Below are positions 43,436 to 52,085 of a stretch of 64,000 nucleotides of DNA, in pieces (position 1 is the first letter of the stretch; each line of letters opens with the position of its first letter). Both the position numbers and the translations under genes were made by a program. A model generated the notes under the pieces. That model made no database searches. It had not been told where the DNA came from and saw nothing but the letters and a program-made list of their open reading frames with translations. The stretch is from Candidatus Saccharimonadales bacterium (GTDB lineage: Bacteria > Patescibacteriota > Saccharimonadia > Saccharimonadales > UBA4665), in contig DASSHG010000009.1 of NCBI GenBank assembly GCA_035692985.1, positions 7,717-71,716 of the forward strand, read 5' to 3'.

Positions 43436-43951
43436 CTAGCTCTTGTGCTTACGATGTTTGGACCAGCCGCCCGCGTGCGGACGCTGCATCCAGAGAACCA
43501 CCAAACAAACCACGGCACTCAGGCCGATAATCACGTTTTGGGCTTGCTGGGCTTGCCACCACAGATTAGAAGCAATTATATTATGCGACAAATTTGGTGA
43601 CAGCAGCGGAACTACCAGTAAAGCTCCCAACAGCCCGACGCCAGCTGCCGGTAAAAGATTCATGGCCAAGCGGACGCTATCACTAACTGTGCGGATCATA
43701 AAAAACGCTGTCAGCACTGCCGGCAACAGCAATAAAGCCAGCTTAATATTACCGTTTGTGGTCGTGACCACAGTGGTGGTGTGCGACGACGAAAAAGTGG
43801 TCAGCCAAGTGCTGGCATCACTGGCCACGAACTGCACCAACACATTGCCTAAGCAGAGGCTCAAAAAAACCAAAGCAGCGTTGATGCGCAGCACCATCAG
43901 CAAAACGGCAGGAACCAGGACGATGGCGGCAAGTGTAAGTTCAGGCGACAT
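43436..43951 (-). CDS. multi-TM membrane protein (171 aa)
   Basis: Five hydrophobic segments and a basic C-terminus. Confidence 0.55.
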   Translation of the reverse strand: MSPELTLAAIVLVPAVLLMVLRINAALVFLSLCLGNVLVQFVASDASTWLTTFSSSHTTTVVTTTNGNIKLALLLLPAVLTAFFMIRTVSDSVRLAMNLLPAAGVGLLGALLVVPLLSPNLSHNIIASNLWWQAQQAQNVIIGLSAVVCLVVLWMQRPHAGGWSKHRKHKS

Positions 43952-43974
43952 ATGATTAAACTATACCATGAGCG

Positions 43975-44118
43975 CTATGGCCAGGATATGTGTTGCTGGG
44001 CGTGCAGCACACGCGTATAGGCCAAATAAATCACTGCGCCAAGAATGATTAGGATAAGGATCAGCATAGGGATAAACCCAGATTGGTTAAGTTGTCGTTT
44101 TAAATCCACAATAAGCAT
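43975..44118 (-). CDS. possible 47-aa single-TM peptide
   Basis: MLIVDLKRQLNQSGFIPMLILILIILGAVIYLAYTRVLHAQQHISWP. It lies 23 nt upstream of the 171-aa gene. No clear ribosome-binding site. Confidence 0.25.
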   Translation of the reverse strand: MLIVDLKRQLNQSGFIPMLILILIILGAVIYLAYTRVLHAQQHISWP

Positions 44119-44166
44119 AATTATTAACGAAATGTTACGTTTGCGCAAGGCATATACCGCTTAAAC

Positions 44167-44195
44167 TTGCTTTGCTTAATTTATTATGATATAAT
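44167..44195 (+). promoter_or_regulatory. promoter TTGCTT-17 nt-TATAAT with TG extension, 6 nt before ATG 44202 (leaderless type)
   Basis: Read directly: TGATATAAT-actacc-ATG. Confidence 0.5.
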
Positions 44196-44201
44196 ACTAC
44201 C

Positions 44202-44885
44202 ATGACATCTCCCGATCTAACCCCGCCAGAAGTAGACGACCATTATTTGGCCACCCATGACCACCTGACCGGCTTGCTGAACCGGCGCGGGATGGACGAG
44301 CAACTGGATATTTTTTTGGAAGAGTATCCAGGCCATTTCGCCGCGCTTATGGTAGATCTGGATGAGCTGAAAAAGACCAACGCCCAGCAAGGATATGATA
44401 ATGGGAGCGAACTTGTAAAACATGCCGCCCTGACGTTACAGGTTGCTACCAGACACCATGATGAAGAGCGTGAAGCTAAAGACAATCTTCGCAAAAAAGA
44501 ATTTCATGACGACGTTTTATCTATTAGCCGCCATTCTCAGGAGGCGCGCATGGGTGGCGATGAATTCCTCTTGCTTCTCCCCTGCGTCGATACCCCCGAG
44601 AAACTGGCAATTGTCGGTGAGCGGGTCCGGCAAAAACTGAAAGTGGAAAGTATACGCGCGTCTGTCGGAGGCGCGGTCCATCAAAGACCCATGCAGCCCT
44701 CTGAACTGCTTAGCCTTGCCGATTTCGCCATGCGAGCAGATAAGGAAAAACGCAAACTTGGCCGCTATACTCCGGAACAGCATGAGGCTGTGTTGTATAT
44801 TGGCTCCATAGCGTCAGACCACAATATTGATCCATTTGATATTTCTTCTTTGCTGATTGCGCTTGAGCACCGCGGCCAGAAATAA
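44202..44885 (+). CDS. stand-alone GGDEF-domain protein
   Basis: HDHLTGLLNRRG, MVDLDELKKTN and ARMGGDEFLLLLP. No sensor domain and no RxxD I-site. Confidence 0.75.
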   Translation: MTSPDLTPPEVDDHYLATHDHLTGLLNRRGMDEQLDIFLEEYPGHFAALMVDLDELKKTNAQQGYDNGSELVKHAALTLQVATRHHDEEREAKDNLRKKEFHDDVLSISRHSQEARMGGDEFLLLLPCVDTPEKLAIVGERVRQKLKVESIRASVGGAVHQRPMQPSELLSLADFAMRADKEKRKLGRYTPEQHEAVLYIGSIASDHNIDPFDISSLLIALEHRGQK

Positions 44886-44905
44886 AAAAAGCGTTTTATG
44901 CTTTC

Positions 44906-45985
44906 TTATGCTTTATCAAAATCAGCCAGTAGCTCTTTTTGACGCTTGCTAAGTTTAGCCGGCACATCGACCAAGATGGTCACGATCTGGGCGCCCCGGC
45001 TGTTGCCTTTTAGATGAGGCACGCCGTGGCCGCTGAGTTTGAAGTCCGAGCCGGGCTGGGTGCCAGCCGGTACTTTCATAAGTACCGGTCCGTCGACGGT
45101 CTGCACTTCTATTTCCGCGCCTAGAGCTGCCTCTACCATACCGATATGTTCTTCGCTTAAGATTAAATCGCCCTCGCGGGTGAAGTGTTTATGCGGTTTG
45201 ACGCGGACATTCACATACAGGTCGCCCTTGGGTCCGTTAGCGATAGCTTCGCCGTGTTCGCGCAGGCGGATGGTTGCGCCGTCGTCAATACCAGCCGGGA
45301 TTTTCAGTTGGACTGTCTGCTTTTTGGTTTGCGTGCCCTGGCCCTTGCAAACAGTACATGCTTTTTCCGGCACCTTGCCGGCGCCATGGCACTTTGGGCA
45401 AATTGCCGCCTGCTGGATATTGCCAAATATGGTCCGCGATACGGTTACCACTTGGCCGGAGCCGCCGCACTGGTCGCAGGTCTTTAGCTCGTGGCCCGGC
45501 TCCACGGTGGTGCCTTTGCAATGTTCGCAGGTGTCATCGAGGTTCAGCGTTAAGTCGACTTCAGTACCAAAAACAGCCTGCTCAAAACTGATTTCCACAT
45601 TGGCTTCTACGTCGCGACCGCGGGTCTGGCGGCGCTGGCCCTGCGGCTGGCCGCCGCCAAAGAAACTGCTGAAGATATCGCCCAGGCCCAGATCGCCGAA
45701 GTCAAAGTTTACATTCTGGCCCCCTGCGCCGCCGAATGGATTGCCGCCGCCAAACGGGTTGCCGCTGGCACCACCTACCCCGGCGTGGCCGAACTGGTCG
45801 TAACGCTTGCGTTTCTCTGTGTCCTTAAGAACTTCGTAGGCCTCGTTAATTTCTTTGAACTTTTCTTCATTGCCGCCGCGGTCCGGATGGTGCTCGATAG
45901 CCGCCCGACGAAAAGATTTTTTAATCTCGTCCGCCGAGGCGTCTTTCTTTACCCCCAAAACTTCGTAATAATCGCGCTTAGCCAT
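44906..45985 (-). CDS. dnaJ: chaperone DnaJ
   Basis: MAKRDYYEVLGV...HHPDRGG, a G/F region and 4 CxxCxGxG motifs. ATG 45985 follows AGGGAG. Confidence 0.95.
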   Translation of the reverse strand: MAKRDYYEVLGVKKDASADEIKKSFRRAAIEHHPDRGGNEEKFKEINEAYEVLKDTEKRKRYDQFGHAGVGGASGNPFGGGNPFGGAGGQNVNFDFGDLGLGDIFSSFFGGGQPQGQRRQTRGRDVEANVEISFEQAVFGTEVDLTLNLDDTCEHCKGTTVEPGHELKTCDQCGGSGQVVTVSRTIFGNIQQAAICPKCHGAGKVPEKACTVCKGQGTQTKKQTVQLKIPAGIDDGATIRLREHGEAIANGPKGDLYVNVRVKPHKHFTREGDLILSEEHIGMVEAALGAEIEVQTVDGPVLMKVPAGTQPGSDFKLSGHGVPHLKGNSRGAQIVTILVDVPAKLSKRQKELLADFDKA

Positions 45986-46262
45986 TGGACGCTCCCTGGC
46001 GTATCGCTGTTTCAGCCAGAATAAGCACATCTTCGCAACGATTTAGCGGCACGTTGCAGGCATTGGCCAAATACTTTCTGAGCGCCTTCCTGCAGTCTCT
46101 CTCTACTGAGGGGTCATTAAAATTGCACTCCGCAAAAACACCTAGCACATCCTGCACTATAAGACTACCGGAGGCATCAGCAACCAGCACGTCTGCTTCG
46201 TGCCTTTTTTCCATGTCCCTCCATATGGGATCTTCTGCAGTGATTCTTCTAGCTCTACTCAT
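45978..46262 (-). CDS. hypothetical protein (94 aa) inside the dnaK operon
   Basis: Its stop overlaps the dnaJ start by 8 nt. No motif recognised. Confidence 0.5.
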   Translation of the reverse strand: MSRARRITAEDPIWRDMEKRHEADVLVADASGSLIVQDVLGVFAECNFNDPSVERDCRKALRKYLANACNVPLNRCEDVLILAETAIRQGASNG

Positions 46263-46281
46263 CGTTATATTCTATCAATCT

Positions 46282-46767
46282 TTAGGTTGTGTCGCTTGGC
46301 GCGCGGCGTTCTCTAGCCAACCATGACCTGATTATATCTATAAAGCCAAGCATATCTTCCGCGTTCGGTGTGGTTGTACCTAGTTTGGCCTGCTCCATCA
46401 TATCATCACGCAGCCACTCTAAAAGTTCTCGAGGAACCAGGGCTTCGCGATCATGCTCCAGATATAGATCCAGCTCCTTGGTGTCAAATACCCGCAACTT
46501 AGTTTTGTCTGGCTCTATAAACGCTAAATATATCTTGGTGTCTGCGGTTTCTTGATAGTCATTGCCGTCGATAGCCATGAACGAATACTGGCTTGGTTCA
46601 CCCTCTTGTGGGGGATTATGTATCAACTGGTATTGGAGGTCGCGGCTTACCGAGCCAAAGATAACACTCAGGTGTTCATAGCGCGAGGTTTGGTCCAGTT
46701 CACCTAACGGAGCCCAGGGGCCCTCATGAGGCAGCTCGCCGGGATCAGCTGGTGGCCGCTCCTCCAT
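46282..46767 (-). CDS. hypothetical protein (161 aa) inside the dnaK operon
   Basis: Starts 3 nt after the dnaK stop. No motif recognised. Confidence 0.55.
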   Translation of the reverse strand: MEERPPADPGELPHEGPWAPLGELDQTSRYEHLSVIFGSVSRDLQYQLIHNPPQEGEPSQYSFMAIDGNDYQETADTKIYLAFIEPDKTKLRVFDTKELDLYLEHDREALVPRELLEWLRDDMMEQAKLGTTTPNAEDMLGFIDIIRSWLARERRAPSDTT

Positions 46768-46770
46768 TGA

Positions 46771-48690
46771 CTATTTGTCTTCCTTGTCTTTGTCGTCGAC
46801 AACTTCGCCTTCCACGGCTTCGTCCTTTTTGCCATCTTTGTCGTCAGAGTCGCTTTCAGACTTAGACTCATCAGCCGAGGCTTGCTCGTACATCTTGCTG
46901 CCGATTGGCATCAGTTTGTCGTTCAGTTCCTTGGTGGCGTTTTCCAGAGCCTCTTTGTCGGCCTTCTCGTCGGCCACGACTTTCTTGGCAGCCTCTACGG
47001 CTTCGTCCAGAATCTTCTTGTCATCGTCGCTCAGTTTGTCGCCGTTGTCGTTCTTGAGCTTTTCGGCCTGGTAAACAGCGCTGTCCAGCAAGTTGTGGGC
47101 TTCTACCAACTCTTTCTTGGTTTTGTCTTCGTCGGCGTGAGCTTCGGCGTCTTTGGCCATCTTCTCAACTTCTGTCTTATCTAGGTTGCCCGAACCGCTG
47201 ATGGTAATGCTCTGTTCTTTGCCGGAACCTTTGTCTTTGGCGGTGACGTTTAGGATGCCGTTGGCGTCGATATTGAAGGTGACTTCAATCTGCGGAACGC
47301 CGCGCGGTGCCGGTGGGATGCCGTCCAATATGAAGCGGCCGAGTGATTTGTTGCCTTCTATCATGTCGCGCTCGCCTTGGGCCACATGGACTTCCACTTG
47401 CGGCTGGTTGTCGGCGGCGGTTGAGAAGACTTCTGATTTGCTGGTCGGGATGGTGGTGTTGCGCTCGATCAACTTGGTCATGACACCACCCATAGTCTCG
47501 ATGCCGAGACTCAGTGGCGTTACGTCCAGCAGCAGCACGTCTTTGACGTCGCCCTGCAGAACACCACCCTGTATAGCCGCGCCAATAGCTACGACTTCGT
47601 CCGGGTTAACGCCTTTCATAGGGTCTTTGCCGAAGATGCCTTTGACCTTTTCCTGAACGGCCGGCATGCGGGTCATGCCACCGACTAAAACGACGGCGTC
47701 GATGTCGCTGGCCTTAAGGCTGGCGTCTTTCAATGCTTTTTCGCACGGAGCGGCCGTCTTGTCGATCAGCTCGGCCACCAGACTTTCCAGCTTGGCGCGG
47801 GTCAGTTTATGCTCAAAGTGTTTAGGCCCTTCGGCATCAGCCGTTAGAAATGGCAGGTTTACATCAACCTCTTGCGCTGTCGAAAGTTCGATCTTGGCCT
47901 TTTCGGCTTCGTCACGCAGCCGTTGCATGGCAGCTTTATCGTCAGTGATGTCGATACCGTGTTCTTTTTTGAACTCATCGGCAAAGTAGTTGATGACCAC
48001 GCGGTCAAAGTCGGCGCCGCCGAGGTGAGTGTCACCATTGGTAGACTTAACTTCAAAAACGCCGTCGCCCAGTTCCAAAATAGAGACATCGAACGTACCG
48101 CCGCCAAGATCATAGACGGCGATTTTCTCGTCTTTTTTGCCTTCTTTATCGAGACCATAGGCCAGTGCAGCAGCTGTCGGCTCATTAATGATGCGCTTGA
48201 CTTCCAAACCGGCGATCTTGCCGGCGTCTTTGGTGGCTTGGCGCTGGGAATCATCAAAGTAGGCCGGCACGGTAATAACGGCTTCAGTAACTTTCCCGCC
48301 GAGGAAACTTTCGGCATCACTCTTGAGCTTGCCGAGAATCATGGCGCTAACTTCTTCCGGACTGTACTCTTTGTCGCCCATCTTTACTTTGGTGCTAGTG
48401 CCGCTTTTGACGATCTCGTAGCCCATCAATTTAAGGTCGCGCTGAACTTCTTTATCGCTGAACTTGCGGCCAATCAGGCGCTTAACTTCATAGATAGTGT
48501 TTTTGCTATTGGTAACCTGCTGGCGCCGGGCCACTTGGCCGACTAGCCGTTCGCCGTTTTTATTGACAGCCACGACAGACGGCGTGGTGCGGTTGCCCTC
48601 GCTGTTAGCTATAATTTCCGGTTTGCCGCTTTGCATGACGGCCATGGCCGAGTTAGTGGTACCAAGGTCAATTCCGATTATCTTGCTCAT
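46771..48690 (-). CDS. dnaK: chaperone DnaK (Hsp70)
   Basis: [28 protein letters not shown], and an acidic C-terminus. Confidence 0.97.
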   Translation of the reverse strand: MSKIIGIDLGTTNSAMAVMQSGKPEIIANSEGNRTTPSVVAVNKNGERLVGQVARRQQVTNSKNTIYEVKRLIGRKFSDKEVQRDLKLMGYEIVKSGTSTKVKMGDKEYSPEEVSAMILGKLKSDAESFLGGKVTEAVITVPAYFDDSQRQATKDAGKIAGLEVKRIINEPTAAALAYGLDKEGKKDEKIAVYDLGGGTFDVSILELGDGVFEVKSTNGDTHLGGADFDRVVINYFADEFKKEHGIDITDDKAAMQRLRDEAEKAKIELSTAQEVDVNLPFLTADAEGPKHFEHKLTRAKLESLVAELIDKTAAPCEKALKDASLKASDIDAVVLVGGMTRMPAVQEKVKGIFGKDPMKGVNPDEVVAIGAAIQGGVLQGDVKDVLLLDVTPLSLGIETMGGVMTKLIERNTTIPTSKSEVFSTAADNQPQVEVHVAQGERDMIEGNKSLGRFILDGIPPAPRGVPQIEVTFNIDANGILNVTAKDKGSGKEQSITISGSGNLDKTEVEKMAKDAEAHADEDKTKKELVEAHNLLDSAVYQAEKLKNDNGDKLSDDDKKILDEAVEAAKKVVADEKADKEALENATKELNDKLMPIGSKMYEQASADESKSESDSDDKDGKKDEAVEGEVVDDKDKEDK

Positions 48691-48747
48691 GAATACATAC
48701 CCTTTCTTTAATTAGCAGACTTATATTACTGATGTCAGTGTAGTAAA

Positions 48748-48774
48748 TTAGCACTCTCGTGTCAAGAGTGCCAA
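48748..48774. promoter_or_regulatory. CIRCE operator (TTAGCACTC-N9-GAGTGCCAA) overlapping the dnaK promoter
   Basis: One mismatch to the TTAGCACTC-N9-GAGTGCTAA consensus. On the coding strand the spacer begins with TTGACA, followed 17 nt later by TACACT. Confidence 0.85.
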
Positions 48775-48802
48775 ATGTAGTTCTTTTGTCTACAGCCAAT
48801 AA

Positions 48803-49084
48803 TTAAAAGAATTCGTTTGTAAATCCGCTCTCCAGTCGTTCCCGAGCCGCTACCGATCCAATCTGTTTCTCCAGAATATAAGATTTCAGCAAAACCTCGT
48901 CAGCTTCTTTTCTCTCTTCTGCTCTTCTACCTAGATATGACAATAGCCCCTCGCCTTTCTCAATATGACTCGGAACAAAAGCGTCCCTATAAGTACTGGC
49001 TATGTCTGCGACGGCCAACCTGAACATTTTCTGCCCTATTAAAAACCTATCGGTTAGTGTGGTGGTTTTATCTTGTCGTTCCAT
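48803..49084 (-). CDS. hypothetical protein (93 aa) between grpE and dnaK
   Basis: Starts 4 nt after the grpE stop. No motif recognised. Confidence 0.5.
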   Translation of the reverse strand: MERQDKTTTLTDRFLIGQKMFRLAVADIASTYRDAFVPSHIEKGEGLLSYLGRRAEERKEADEVLLKSYILEKQIGSVAARERLESGFTNEFF

Positions 49085-49088
49085 GCAA

Positions 49089-49550
49089 TTAGTTTTTAAC
49101 TTTCACCATGGCGTGGCGGATGACTTCGTCGCCGAGTTTGTAGCCGGCCTGGAGCTCTTCGGATACGATTTCGTGTTCGCCGTCACCTTCTTCCATGCCG
49201 ACCGCTTCGTGCAAGTGCGGATCAAACGGCTGGCCGACCGTTTTGATACGCTCCACGCCCATGTCGGCCAGGGTTTTTTCGAATTGTTTGACTACACCCT
49301 GGACGCCCTTTATATAGTCATCGTCTTTGAGATTGGCCGGTACGTGCTTGAGCGCCCGCTCGAAATTGTCAATTACTGGTAACAGATCATGGATGACATT
49401 TGCTTTGGCGGCGCTGCGCAGCCGCGCGATTTCTTCTTCGTGCCGGCGGCGCAGGTTGAGAGCGTCGGCCCGTTCGCGCTTGAGTGCGTCAGTCAATTCT
49501 TCAATTTGATCGTTATTAGTCGCTGGTTTGCCGCTTTTTGGCTTAGTCAT
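49089..49550 (-). CDS. grpE: nucleotide exchange factor GrpE
   Basis: ...RRHEEEIARLRSAAKANVIHDLLPVIDNFERAL...GYKLGDEVIRHAMVKV. Confidence 0.9.
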   Translation of the reverse strand: MTKPKSGKPATNNDQIEELTDALKRERADALNLRRRHEEEIARLRSAAKANVIHDLLPVIDNFERALKHVPANLKDDDYIKGVQGVVKQFEKTLADMGVERIKTVGQPFDPHLHEAVGMEEGDGEHEIVSEELQAGYKLGDEVIRHAMVKVKN

Positions 49551-49833
49551 TAGAGTTCCTCCCGTCCGACAAAACGTGGTTCATGATTATAAAATCGGTG
49601 TTTTTACAGATAGCTATCCTGGCCAGCATGCTAATCTGCCGGTCGTCAATATCTTTACCGATACCTTCATCATAAAGGTCGTCTATGTAATCATTGGCTT
49701 CTTTGATGGCGTCTTTTTGGCCGTAAATAGTAGTTGTGGACTTGTCGTGGCCTAGTTCAATTGTGAAGGTATCGGCGGCATCATAAAAAATTTTATAAAT
49801 TACGGCGTGTTCAGCCGCCAGATTCTCAGTCAT
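49543..49833 (-). CDS. hypothetical protein (96 aa) between hrcA and grpE
   Basis: 8-nt overlaps with both neighbours. AGAGGAGGTG ribosome-binding site. Confidence 0.55.
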   Translation of the reverse strand: MTENLAAEHAVIYKIFYDAADTFTIELGHDKSTTTIYGQKDAIKEANDYIDDLYDEGIGKDIDDRQISMLARIAICKNTDFIIMNHVLSDGRNSND

Positions 49834-50533
49834 ACAACACCTCCTCTAATTCCTGACCGGCGCGGGAGACCAGGGCCATAACGTCACGGTAGCTTTGGCG
49901 GGTCGGACCGAGCGTGCCTATGTAGCTGCGATCGGAAAAAGGACTGCGGAAACGGCTGATTACCAGGCTGGCGCCGGCCGTACGGCCCACCGGGTTTTCG
50001 TGGCCTATATATACGCTGAGAGGTTCGTTGGGCGCGGCCTCGCGCAGCCATGGTTCGAGATTATCGAGCAGTTGCGCGATTTGTTGTACCTGGGCGCCGC
50101 CAACAAATTCCGGCTGGCCGAAGAGGTTGCTTAGGCCGCTCATATATAACTGGTTGCCGATGGTCGCCAGGCCAAGGTTATGAGTAAGTTCGACTAGAGT
50201 ATCGACGGCATTGCGGATCATGCGCTCCGGCGCGCCGGCTTGTTGCACGCGGGCTGCCAAAGCTTTCTCGGCCCGTCCTGCCGGCAATTTTTTACCTTCC
50301 GGTTCGTTTAAATTATTAACATAAAAGCGATAGCCTTTATCCGTCGGCACGCGGCCGGCGCTGGTATGCGGCTGGGTAATGTAGCCGTGGCGCTCCAATT
50401 CGGCCATTTCGGCGCGGATAGTAGCCGAGCTGACATTAAAAAGCTTGGCCAGCAAAGTAGAGCCGACCGGGCTGGCTACCTCGGCGTACTGTTCGACTAT
50501 GGCACTTAAGATACTCTGTTGGCGCTGCGTCAT
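49826..50533 (-). CDS. hrcA: heat-inducible repressor HrcA, short form (235 aa)
   Basis: The N-terminal wHTH is QRQQSILSAIVEQYAEVASPVGSTLLAK...SSATIRAEMAELERHGYITQPHTSAGRVPTDKGYRFYV. The C-terminus is GTLGPTRQSY. Confidence 0.85.
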   Translation of the reverse strand: MTQRQQSILSAIVEQYAEVASPVGSTLLAKLFNVSSATIRAEMAELERHGYITQPHTSAGRVPTDKGYRFYVNNLNEPEGKKLPAGRAEKALAARVQQAGAPERMIRNAVDTLVELTHNLGLATIGNQLYMSGLSNLFGQPEFVGGAQVQQIAQLLDNLEPWLREAAPNEPLSVYIGHENPVGRTAGASLVISRFRSPFSDRSYIGTLGPTRQSYRDVMALVSRAGQELEEVLYD

Positions 50534-50552
50534 ATGCCTGCATTTTATAATC

Positions 50553-50579
50553 TTAGCACTCTGACGTCAAGAGTGCTAA
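50553..50579. promoter_or_regulatory. CIRCE operator (TTAGCACTC-N9-GAGTGCTAA) overlapping the hrcA promoter
   Basis: Perfect consensus. On the coding strand the spacer begins with TTGACG, then 17 nt, TAAAAT, 8 nt and the ATG. Confidence 0.9.
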
Positions 50580-50588
50580 CAGGCCAAT

Positions 50589-51305
50589 CTAGTTAAGTTT
50601 TGCCAGCAAATCCTGGGCCAGGGCTCGGGCAGTTTCGGACTCACGACCGGGGGGTGCGCCGTGAGCGATGGTGTCGGCGGTCTCGACTGCCCGGTCGAGG
50701 TCGTCGTTGATGACGAATCGGAAGTAATCTTTTTGGAGGGCTTCGTGGAGTTCTGTCTTGGCGGTCTGCATGCGGCGGCGAATATCTTCGTGTTCTATGA
50801 CGCCCTCATAACGGCTTTTCAGACGCTGTTGCCAGACTTCGTAACTTGGTGGCAATACGAACAGCGCTTGCACGCTATCAGTAATGGTTTCATATTCGGC
50901 TACGCCTTGCACTTCTATGTCGGTCAAGGCGATTTTGTGCTCATCATGAGCGCGTTGAATTTCGGCGGCGCTGGTGCCGTAGACGTTGCCGCTATACATC
51001 TTGGCCTCCACGAAAGCGCCATCATCTAGCATTTTTTCGGCGTCAGCTAAGTTTATAAAATGATACTCGCGGCCATCTTGCTCTAGTATCCCCTGGTTTT
51101 CCCGGGGCCGGCGCGTAGTGTGCGAGACAATGTGATGATAGCGGCGGGTTTTTAGCAATTGGTGCTTGATGCTGTCTTTGCCGGCACCAGAAACGCCTAC
51201 CAACAATAAAATCGGGGTGTTTTGAACTAATTCAATAGTGGCGGCCGAGGGCTTGTAGTCCTGTAGTTTTTGTTTCAGACCCGCCGCCTGCGCGGAATCT
51301 TCCAT
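50589..51305 (-). CDS. gmk: guanylate kinase-family protein
   Basis: GVSGAGKDS P-loop and HTTRRPRENQGILEQDGREYHF. ATG 51305 is preferred because TATAAT lies 6 nt upstream. The track start at 51347 is a TTG. Confidence 0.7.
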   Translation of the reverse strand: MEDSAQAAGLKQKLQDYKPSAATIELVQNTPILLLVGVSGAGKDSIKHQLLKTRRYHHIVSHTTRRPRENQGILEQDGREYHFINLADAEKMLDDGAFVEAKMYSGNVYGTSAAEIQRAHDEHKIALTDIEVQGVAEYETITDSVQALFVLPPSYEVWQQRLKSRYEGVIEHEDIRRRMQTAKTELHEALQKDYFRFVINDDLDRAVETADTIAHGAPPGRESETARALAQDLLAKLN

Positions 51306-51350
51306 TGCCTTATTATAAACCGTGCCATGCTTTCCCCGCAAGTGCAAATA

Positions 51351-52085
51351 TTAACTAGATGATGAGTAGGGTCTGGGAACGTAATGGCTAATGCCGTAAA
51401 TCATGGATGGGACAACCAGCCAACCTACTGCTAGAGCAGCCAGTAACCCGAGCTTGGGCTGAAGAAGCCAAACTATTAGGAAAAACGTAAAAAGTGCCAG
51501 GAAGTTTCGAATCTGTTCAGTTATAAGCACCGGGAGTTGCTCGCGCATTATATAGACAGTGAAGATTCCGTTGAATGGAAAAGTTATAGCCGCTCCAAAT
51601 ATAAGACCTTTTATGCCGATTATCGAGTATGCCAATACAAAAATAATTGATCCTCTTATTATGTAATCTTTGCCTTTTAAATTTACTTGAACCTTGCGGT
51701 AATGCTTTTGATGTAATTTGATCGGTTTCACTATATATATGAGCCAGCAGACAACAAGAATAAAATACCCGATCAGAAATGGTACGTTAACGATGAATCT
51801 ATTGAGCGTACCGAGTCCAACATAAAGGGCTACGCTGATAATAATCGCCGGTATTATATGGATTTTTAATTTCTTGTGTAGCAACCAGGTCACAGTCATG
51901 AATGTCAATACAAGCAGCAATCCTACCAAGTAAGTGATGTTTACGTTTCCTCCTGTTCCAAACAATAGAATAGTTATAGGAATTGGCAGACTATAAATAG
52001 CCGCTCTGAGCTTTGGCGAAGAAACCGATGATATTAGCAATATACTGATTGTAATTGCGGTTGCTAATATGACTTCTTCCATCAA
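51351..52085 (-). CDS. polytopic membrane protein (244 aa)
   Basis: About 8 TM helices. ATGA overlap with the lepA stop. Confidence 0.6.
   Translation of the reverse strand: MMEEVILATAITISILLISSVSSPKLRAAIYSLPIPITILLFGTGGNVNITYLVGLLLVLTFMTVTWLLHKKLKIHIIPAIIISVALYVGLGTLNRFIVNVPFLIGYFILVVCWLIYIVKPIKLHQKHYRKVQVNLKGKDYIIRGSIIFVLAYSIIGIKGLIFGAAITFPFNGIFTVYIMREQLPVLITEQIRNFLALFTFFLIVWLLQPKLGLLAALAVGWLVVPSMIYGISHYVPRPYSSSS

Noticed and set aside
46775-48546. Several plus-strand ORFs of 99-224 aa
   Set aside because: They lie antisense to dnaK, whose identity is unambiguous.
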